DNA from: an uncultured Clostridia bacterium
Lineage (GTDB): Bacteria; Bacillota; Clostridia; Christensenellales; UBA1242
Reading direction: 5' to 3'
Length of the DNA: 64,000 nucleotides
Assembly (NCBI GenBank): GCA_944350115.1
Contig: CALVNZ010000001.1
Location: 221,378 to 285,377 of the forward strand
Shown: piece by piece, positions 56,897 through 64,000 of the stretch
Layout of the letters: every line of letters begins with the position of its first letter
Position numbering within the stretch: position 1 is the first letter of the stretch
Position numbers and translations under genes: made by a program
The notes under the pieces: model-generated
The model's database searches: none
What the model saw: only the letters and a program-made list of their open reading frames with translations
What the model was told of the DNA's origin: nothing

Positions 56897-59800
56897 ATGA
56901 TTGTGAATACGGTAAAGAAAAAACGCGCAGTTGCATCAATAGTATCATTTTTCGCAATGTTCGCGATGATGTGTTTGTTTTGTTTTTCAGGGTGTGCTAA
57001 AACATACAAAGGCGCTGGAGAGTTTTCTCAAAATGAAATTGTGATGGCTGTTGGTGAAACGCTGGATGCAAAAGGTTTGATTGAATCAAATTTTAATCTT
57101 ACGTTTGAAAGTGGCAATGAACAAATTTTGCAATTGAACGAAGCTGGAACCTTTACGGCAAAACAAAGTGGACAAACGACTGTTGTTGCAAAACACGAAG
57201 AAAACATAATTGATGTCTTATCAGTTCAAGTAAAGTATAAGTTTGAAGCACCTTCAAACATAAAAGTGACAAATGATGGCGTAATAAGTTGGGACGATGC
57301 GACCATAAGAGACAATCAGGCTAATCAAAAAACCACTTACACTTTAAAACTTGTGCGCAACGGAGAAGAAAGTTCTTTTATTATTCAAGACAATTATTAT
57401 CAGCTGTCAAACCATGGTACATACGAAATTTCTATTAAGGCCAATGAAACTGAAAGTGTGCTGGGATCGGATTTCTCAAGTGCTATATATTATAATTTTG
57501 GACTTACTCAAACGCCAGAACAACTTTCATTTGCAGCAGATCAAAATTATGGCTCTCAATCAGGAACTTTATTTTGGCAGGGCGACGGAAATTATTACAA
57601 TGTTTCAATAAACGGAGTAGCAAAACAGGTTTATGGGAATGCAACTGAACTAGACTTTTCAAATTTTGCAGAAGGTGAAACTGCTTGTATTGAAATCATT
57701 TCAAACAATTCTGGTAACCAAAGTACGACTGCTAAATTAAACGTACAAAAAATTTCAACGCCAGAATTGACTTTGCAAAACGACGAACTTTCATGGGGCG
57801 CTGAAGAGAACGCGTCTAAATATTTGCTTCATTATGTTAACCTTTCTTCAGTTGAAAATGAAGAAGGAACTTTTGTTTTGCAAAACGAGTCGTCAACTTT
57901 ACAAGGATTAACAGAAGGAATTTATGCTTTATCATTACAAGCTGTTGGAAATCAAGGTTACGCAAATGGAAACGAAAAATCTTTTAAGATAGGCGGAGAA
58001 AGCCAAAACATTGCAAAAATTTCAAATGTCGAATATAGCTGGGAAATCATTGACAATGTTTTGTATGTGACTTTTAAAACAAATTCTGAATACAACAAAA
58101 AATTCGTAGTTAAACAAAACGACGTGACCAAAGAATTTGAGTTTGGCGATGAAAAAAACGAAGACGGCTATTATTATTTGACACAAAGTTTTTCTTTAAA
58201 TGAAGGTGAAAACATTTTCAAACTTCAAACTTATCCAACTTTTCAATCTGGGGAAATTGTAATAAATGGCGTTTCGGCAAGTTATGCAGTAAAAAGTGAT
58301 GAAATTGTTTTGTTTAGCGCATATAACATAGGGCAAATTGAAAATGTTCGTCACAGTTTAGTAGAAGGGCAGTCTGTTATAACTTTTGACAACGTTGATT
58401 ATGCGGAAAAAGAAGCCTATGAAATTTTTGTCAACGGCATTAAAGTAGAAAATGCAGTTGTAAATGTTGGCGAAGAAAAAACTTCAATAACAATTGGAGA
58501 AATTTCCAGTGATGTTTATGGCAATAAAGGAAACATTTATGAAATAAAAGTAACCGCATCTAGAACGCCAAAAGAAAACGAAATTTCAAGCGTTTCGCAG
58601 GCGACAAAAACCTTGACAAGACTCGAAAACCCGAATTTACAAGACAAAAATGGAACAGCTGTTACTGGACAAACATATGAATGGGGAAATGTGGAAGGTG
58701 CGAAATATGAATACTCCTTGTATGTCACAGGCGAAAATTTTGAAATTGAAGGGTTAGAGCCTATTCAAACAGGAACAACAGAGTTTAATTCACTTTCGGA
58801 GTTGGATGCAAACTTTTATTACTTATCAGTAAAAAGCGTTCCTTTAAACGATGACTTATATTTGCCAAGCGAAGAAAACGTGAGCGACAGCTTTTATGTA
58901 GCACTTGAAATAGAGAAGCCACAATTGGATTTTTCTTATGATGCGTCAAGCGGTGGGACATTAAAAATTAAAACAGTTGAATTTGGCTTTGAATATAAAA
59001 TTTATTTAAATGAATCCTATATCTTTTCAGTTTACAAACTTGAAGACAGCGGTGAAGAGCTAACATACACCTTTGATCAAAGTTATGCTTTTGATTCAAA
59101 TAGCGAACAAGAAATCAAAGTTGAAGTTTATGCAAGTGAACAAAACGGGCAACAAGACATCCATTTAATGTCAGAATCCAATCTTTTAATTAGCAAAATG
59201 ACAGCTCCGACATCGTATAACATTATTGAAAATAGCAACACATTAGAAGTCGTTAATAATCAAGAAAATGCTTGTTTGGTTCTTACAAAAGATGGGCAAG
59301 AAATAGCAAGAAGTCAACCTGGACAAAACGTTTCTGTTGACATAGCAAGTTATGGCGGAAATTTCTTAATCAAAGCATATTACGAAGAATACAAATCTTT
59401 TGAACAAGCGTCAGTTTATGGAAATGTTTATCTTTCAAGCGATTCTTTGGAAATAAGCTTATATAGATCCGCAACTCCAAACGACTTGTATTATTCACAG
59501 GGGAACATTTATTTTAGCCATGACTCTATTAATGAATTAGAAAAAAATTATATTGTAGAAGTAAAAGCAGTTTCTTCAAATGGCACTGCAAGTGAAACTT
59601 TTGTTGTCAGCGAAGCCACTTTTGATTTAGAAGAAAAATTAGAACAAATTTGTCAAGAAAATCCACTCTTTGCAAGTTGCTACAATCAAAAAGCAGATGT
59701 TTATGTGAAACTATATGCACAAATTTCACAAGAGATAGAAGGTGTTTATTTCCTGCCTTCTTATTATGCAACTTTAAAATATAATCCACAAGAAACCCAA

Positions 59801-62800
59801 TTGCATATTCAAAGACTTGATGCGGTTGTGTTGAATTACGATGACGCTAATAAAACTATTTATTGGAACGGCGTGCAAGGCGATAATGTTTCTTATGAGG
59901 TTTATTACAATAGGTCTCAAAATCCAGAACTCATTGAAGCCACTATATCATCGGTTTTAGGGCAAGAAAGATACGAGTTTAATATTTCTGCATATGATTT
60001 TTCACAAGAGGGAGATTACATTTTCTATGTCGTGGTAAAAAGCGACAATGCTTTGGAATCAGTAAGTTCTGGACAAATTATTGTGAATAAACTTTCTCAA
60101 ATTTCGTCTTTAAACATCTATGATAGAAATGAAAAGTTCTATGCAGGATATTCATTACAAAATGTTAACATTGACAATATTTCTAATATTTTGGTTAATG
60201 GAAAAGAAATCGGCGCAGTGACCGAATTTGAATTGAAGTGGCAAACAGAGGCTGAAAACGATGATTGGACTGTGGCGGAAGATGGCACTGTAAATATTCA
60301 AGTTTTGGGAAAAAGTTTTGAAGAGAATGGAAACAAAACATATTATATTTCAAGCGATACATCAACGTTTGTTTTAAGGCCTTTGCAAAAAGGAGAGTAT
60401 GACCCTAACATTAATCTTCAAAACGATGAAATTGTATGGGAAAGTTTTACTGAAAGTCAAGGACTTACAGACTGGGTTCTTTGTTCCAGTGCAGACAATT
60501 TAAGATATGAAATTCGCGTTTTTGACACGCAGGGAAAAGTTTACGCAATTATTTCAAACATTCAAGAAGAAAAATTAAGCTTGAACAACTCAAATCTTTT
60601 GGCGCTTCTTCAAGGAGATTATACTTTTAATTTGTATACTTATATAAGTCAGTTCTCTATTACAAATGAAGGAAGGGGTTATTTTGGAAAAGTTTTGCTG
60701 GCGGAAGGAGCCGCTCTTTGCAAACTTAACGCAGTCACCAATCTTCAAGCGAGCATAGATTTGTCTTCCGTTGTAATTGACGATGAACTTCAAAAAAAGG
60801 TTGTTTTAACTTGGTTGCACGAAGGCCAAGGTTCATCTGCAATAAAATATGAAATCTTTGTGAACGGTGAAAAAGTTGGAGAAACTCAACAAAAAACAAT
60901 TGAGTTAGATCAAAGTCTTTTTGTGGTTGGGCAAAACACGGTGGCAGTTAAAGCTGTCAGCGACACAGACATTCAATCTAACGAAACAACAATTCAAATT
61001 TCAAAATTTGATACGCCGAATATTTCTGTAAGCGACGCAGGAGTTCTGGCAATTGACGCACAAGAGGAGCCACCTGCAAGTCAAGGCTATATTGTTGAAT
61101 TAACTGCCGAAGATGAAACCACGACGATTTATACAAACGAAACGCAACTAAACTTGCAAAATTATATTAATGGAAGAAGTGGTGCTTACACGATTCGAGT
61201 TTTACCAAAAGCAACAAACAAAGTTTCACTGCCAAATGAAAAAGCAATTGCTTCTTTAACAGGAAACATTTTGGCAGTGCCAACAGTTATTCAAGATGAA
61301 GCAGGATTATTGTTGCAAAGTGTTGATGAAGGTGTCGTTTATTATGTTCGTTGCGAAGAAAAAGGTTTTGATCAAAGAGTTGATGGAAATTATTTTGCTT
61401 TTCCTGATGACTGGGAGGGTAAGACAGAGCCTTATGAAATTTTAATTTATACAAAAAAAGCGAACAATATTGATTCATGGACTGGCGCAAGCGCAATTCA
61501 AGAAATTGTTTTGGACAGACTTTCAAATGCAACTGAAATAACATTTACCAGAGCCGATGATTACAGCGATCAAACTTTAACTTGGTCGGAAAACTCGCAA
61601 GCAAAAGGTTATCAAATCAAGATCTATCAAAACGATGAGTTGATTTTTACTTCATCACTTATTGCTTCAACCACGACCACACTATCACAAATAGAGACAG
61701 AATATGGTGGCAACCTCCCTTCGGGAGAACTTGTTTTTGAATTTAGAACATTAGCGGACTTTGCTTCAACCGGAAAAACTAATTCGCAACCCCTCGTGTT
61801 TACTGTAAACAAACTTTCAAACACAATAAAAAATGTAAGGTCGAGCACAGATCTTGAAAGTTTGGGCTGGTTAACTTTTGATGCAGATGCAAATCGTGCA
61901 GGAACTTACATAGTGGTGCAAAACAACATGGGAGAAAAACAAACATTCTTGCTTAATGGCGAAGAAAACACCTTAAGAATAGAAGATTTTGTTGGAAAAT
62001 TAAACTTATCTTTAAGATTGCTTGCAACAAGCAAACAGGAAGGCTCCGACCAGCAAAGTTCACTGCAAACAGTGTATCTTGATGCTGATTTGTCGTCAGC
62101 GACATTAACAAAACTTTCTGATGTCGTGAGCATAACAGAAAACTTTGAAACCGGCAAACTGTTGATTAGCACGGCGAATGATGGAATAGCCTCTGGAATT
62201 CAATTCTTTGTGGAATATCAAGGACAAAAACAAGAAATCTTAACAAACAAAATAAATGATACTTCATACGATGTTTTGGCAGCAAACATTGCAGAAAAAT
62301 TTGAACTTGAAAATGGTTTGTTTGAATTTAAACTAACCGTTTATCGCCAAGGATACTTAATCACAGATGATTTCGTGTGGCAGTTTGAATTTAAAAATTC
62401 TGCGAACACGGTTGTTTCAGTCAAAGGTGATGACGAAAGAAAAGATTATTTGTTAATCACTGATGGCTCGACCACACATCTTCCTGTTACAGCAATAGTT
62501 TTAAGAGATACAAATAACAATTATTATGAAATTAATGTTTCAGACAAAAAAGGTTACTGGGTTACTAACGAAGATGGAACTAATGGGCATTTTGTAGGTG
62601 GTTTAGAACAAGGCTTAGTAAATCAAGCTTGTTATGCAATCGATGTTAATGAAGTTTTAGCAAATTTTACATCAGGAACAAAACTTTTGCAAATTTCTTA
62701 TATCACAAATGAAGATGGAGATTTCGTAGTTAATGGTTATTGCGGAGCGATAACTTACAAAAAACTTGCAGCACCAACAAATGTTCAAATTGACCTAGGA

Positions 62801-64000
62801 AACGTTTCATGGGAAGGCGGAGAAGATGTGGGAAGTGCTTACTATCTTTATTTCGAAAATGCAGACGGAACTACTGAAACAAAAATTTATGACACCAACA
62901 CAACATATTATTTGGGAGAAATGATAAACAAAGAAGGGAAATATTATGTTGCTGTTCAAAATGTTTCAAATCAATTAAAAACACTTGCAAGTGAAAAAAC
63001 TTATCTTGGTGGAGATGAAAAACAAGAAGCGACAAAACTTGCAAGCGTTTCAAACCTTTCGATATCAAACGGTGCAATGCTGTTAACATACAACGGACAA
63101 GGCGATTTGGCTAACGACATAAACAAAATAACAAGTTCTTCTTCTGCGCCAAATCTTGCTTCAGCAGTAAATACTTTGCTTACAAAAGTTTATGAATCGC
63201 CGTTTAGATTTTCTTTAAGCGACCTGGTAAACACGGAATTCAATTTGAAATTTGAAAATGTTAATTTAGGAACAGTTTATTATACGACAGTTAAGGCAGG
63301 TAATTTAATGACCGGGTTTAACCAGACACTATCTGGATTCAGCGAATCCGACATGATGTATAATAAATCAATTTTGCAAGGCATTGAAACAATACTCGGC
63401 TACTCAAGTCTTAACGAAGAAACGAAAGCTAAACTTTTGGCAGTCTACGAAGTTTTGACAGACACAAGCTTATGGTCGGGTGTGGCTTCGGCGGAACTTT
63501 TGTTTGATGACATGGGTGGCGATCTAACAGGAGTTTATGACAAATTCCCAGGGGAAAGAATACAGGCTGGCACTTACAATGTTTATATCCAGCAACAAGG
63601 CGGACAGCACGACAATACGATAAGTTCGCTTTACAACAAAGTTCTTTCAAATGTGGTTGTCGAAAGCTCGCCAATGACAGTTCTTTCAAGCGAAGATGAA
63701 TATTATTACATCAATTTTAGACCAGTCGACGATAAAACAGAATACACAATGGTTTTAAAACATGATGAAAACGGGAACGAAATAACTCAGAAGATAAAAA
63801 TTTCGAAACAAGGCCAGTCGTGGATGAGAAGCGATATTGGTGGGGAGAGTTTAACAAAACAACTTAAAACAACTATGATCAATAATGCCGTTTTTGTTCA
63901 AATACCATTAAACAGTTCCGATGGCATCAAAGAAGAGTTAAAAGATGAAGATGGAAATCTAATAAGAGCAAATTATAAGGTAAGTGTTTTTGTCAATGGC
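56897..64000 (+). CDS. Giant surface lipoprotein built from many FN3/Ig-like modules (over 2368 aa; 3' end beyond the window)
   Basis: Not in the ORF track because it has no stop in the window. I translated about 550 codons from ATG 56897 in two contiguous stretches and spot-checked the frame at 59402, 60002, 61202, 62000, 63002 and 63902, finding no stops. Lipoprotein signal MIVNTVKKKRAVASIVSFFAMFAMMCLFCFSGC. Recurrent module starts include NIKVTNDGVISWDDA, PELTLQNDELSWGAEENASKY and NVQIDLGNVSWEGGEDVGSAY. Confidence 0.85.
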   Translation, partial: MIVNTVKKKRAVASIVSFFAMFAMMCLFCFSGCAKTYKGAGEFSQNEIVMAVGETLDAKGLIESNFNLTFESGNEQILQLNEAGTFTAKQSGQTTVVAKHEENIIDVLSVQVKYKFEAPSNIKVTNDGVISWDDATIRDNQANQKTTYTLKLVRNGEESSFIIQDNYYQLSNHGTYEISIKANETESVLGSDFSSAIYYNFGLTQTPEQLSFAADQNYGSQSGTLFWQGDGNYYNVSINGVAKQVYGNATELDFSNFAEGETACIEIISNNSGNQSTTAKLNVQKISTPELTLQNDELSWGAEENASKYLLHYVNLSSVENEEGTFVLQNESSTLQGLTEGIYALSLQAVGNQGYANGNEKSFKIGGESQNIAKISNVEYSWEIIDNVLYVTFKTNSEYNKKFVVKQNDVTKEFEFGDEKNEDGYYYLTQSFSLNEGENIFKLQTYPTFQSGEIVINGVSASYAVKSDEIVLFSAYNIGQIENVRHSLVEGQSVITFDNVDYAEKEAYEIFVNGIKVENAVVNVGEEKTSITIGEISSDVYGNKGNIYEIKVTASRTPKENEISSVSQATKTLTRLENPNLQDKNGTAVTGQTYEWGNVEGAKYEYSLYVTGENFEIEGLEPIQTGTTEFNSLSELDANFYYLSVKSVPLNDDLYLPSEENVSDSFYVALEIEKPQLDFSYDASSGGTLKIKTVEFGFEYKIYLNESYIFSVYKLEDSGEELTYTFDQSYAFDSNSEQEIKVEVYASEQNGQQDIHLMSESNLLISKMTAPTSYNIIENSNTLEVVNNQENACLVLTKDGQEIARSQPGQNVSVDIASYGGNFLIKAYYEEYKSFEQASVYGNVYLSSDSLEISLYRSATPNDLYYSQGNIYFSHDSINELEKNYIVEVKAVSSNGTASETFVVSEATFDLEEKLEQICQENPLFASCYNQKADVYVKLYAQISQEIEGVYFLPSYYATLKYNPQETQLHIQRLDAVVLNYDDANKTIYWNGVQGDNVSYEVYYNRSQNPELIEATISSVLGQERYEFNISAYDFSQEGDYIFYVVVKSDNALESVSSGQIIVNKLSQISSLNIYDRNEKFYAGYSLQNVNIDNISNILVNGKEIGAVTEFELKWQTEAENDDWTVAEDGTVNIQVLGKSFEENGNKTYYISSDTSTFVLRPLQKGEYDPNINLQNDEIVWESFTESQGLTDWVLCSSADNLRYEIRVFDTQGKVYAIISNIQEEKLSLNNSNLLALLQGDYTFNLYTYISQFSITNEGRGYFGKVLLAEGAALCKLNAVTNLQASIDLSSVVIDDELQKKVVLTWLHEGQGSSAIKYEIFVNGEKVGETQQKTIELDQSLFVVGQNTVAVKAVSDTDIQSNETTIQISKFDTPNISVSDAGVLAIDAQEEPPASQGYIVELTAEDETTTIYTNETQLNLQNYINGRSGAYTIRVLPKATNKVSLPNEKAIASLTGNILAVPTVIQDEAGLLLQSVDEGVVYYVRCEEKGFDQRVDGNYFAFPDDWEGKTEPYEILIYTKKANNIDSWTGASAIQEIVLDRLSNATEITFTRADDYSDQTLTWSENSQAKGYQIKIYQNDELIFTSSLIASTTTTLSQIETEYGGNLPSGELVFEFRTLADFASTGKTNSQPLVFTVNKLSNTIKNVRSSTDLESLGWLTFDADANRAGTYIVVQNNMGEKQTFLLNGEENTLRIEDFVGKLNLSLRLLATSKQEGSDQQSSLQTVYLDADLSSATLTKLSDVVSITENFETGKLLISTANDGIASGIQFFVEYQGQKQEILTNKINDTSYDVLAANIAEKFELENGLFEFKLTVYRQGYLITDDFVWQFEFKNSANTVVSVKGDDERKDYLLITDGSTTHLPVTAIVLRDTNNNYYEINVSDKKGYWVTNEDGTNGHFVGGLEQGLVNQACYAIDVNEVLANFTSGTKLLQISYITNEDGDFVVNGYCGAITYKKLAAPTNVQIDLGNVSWEGGEDVGSAYYLYFENADGTTETKIYDTNTTYYLGEMINKEGKYYVAVQNVSNQLKTLASEKTYLGGDEKQEATKLASVSNLSISNGAMLLTYNGQGDLANDINKITSSSSAPNLASAVNTLLTKVYESPFRFSLSDLVNTEFNLKFENVNLGTVYYTTVKAGNLMTGFNQTLSGFSESDMMYNKSILQGIETILGYSSLNEETKAKLLAVYEVLTDTSLWSGVASAELLFDDMGGDLTGVYDKFPGERIQAGTYNVYIQQQGGQHDNTISSLYNKVLSNVVVESSPMTVLSSEDEYYYINFRPVDDKTEYTMVLKHDENGNEITQKIKISKQGQSWMRSDIGGESLTKQLKTTMINNAVFVQIPLNSSDGIKEELKDEDGNLIRANYKVSVFVNG

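Noticed and set aside
56897-64000. The lack of any long ORF in the track over 7 kb suggested an alternative genetic code (for example UGA=Trp) or a non-coding region.
   Set aside because: Hand translation shows one frame open under the standard code in every stretch I checked. The track simply omits ORFs without a stop inside the window, as also happens with ftsI at 1-938. All other long genes read normally with code 11.

Overview
Low-GC Bacillota-type chromosomal segment read with the standard genetic code, densely coding, covering the replication-origin neighbourhood. Backbone on the minus strand: an expanded dcw-type cluster (CvpA-fusion protein, rsmH, two large envelope proteins, an FtsL-position protein, ftsI) and the block parB-parA-rsmG-mnmG-mnmE-jag-yidC-yidD-rnpA-rpmH followed co-directionally by dnaN-dnaA. 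recF-aspS-asnS diverge from dnaA. Also present: metG, dut, folA, nrdG, an nrdD-thioredoxin fusion with a TrxR-like gene, rubrerythrin, yabP-yabQ, tRNA-Ser(GCU) and tRNA-Asn(GUU). Two large genes are missing from the ORF track because they run off the window edges: ftsI (1-938, minus) and a giant FN3-like lipoprotein (56897-64000, plus, over 2368 codons). Main accessory feature: a roughly 7.0-kb cassette (16658-23666) bounded by 11/12 direct repeats at the 3' end of tRNA-Ser. It carries a Shedu-like DUF4263 nuclease, two C5 DNA methyltransferases, two putative endonuclease subunits and a large serine recombinase whose ORF reads across the junction into the antisense tRNA. Other unusual items: an 8-copy 13-bp tandem array running in phase into twin perfect parS sites; three tandem 97-nt units each carrying a copy of the tRNA-Asn 3' end; an apparent in-place inversion of dnaA-dnaN with DnaA boxes only in the dnaA-dnaN spacer; a MetRS whose HIGH motif reads TIGN; and an NrdD-Trx fusion next to a TrxR-like protein lacking NADPH motifs. 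All calls rest on my own reading and motif recall. No searches were run.
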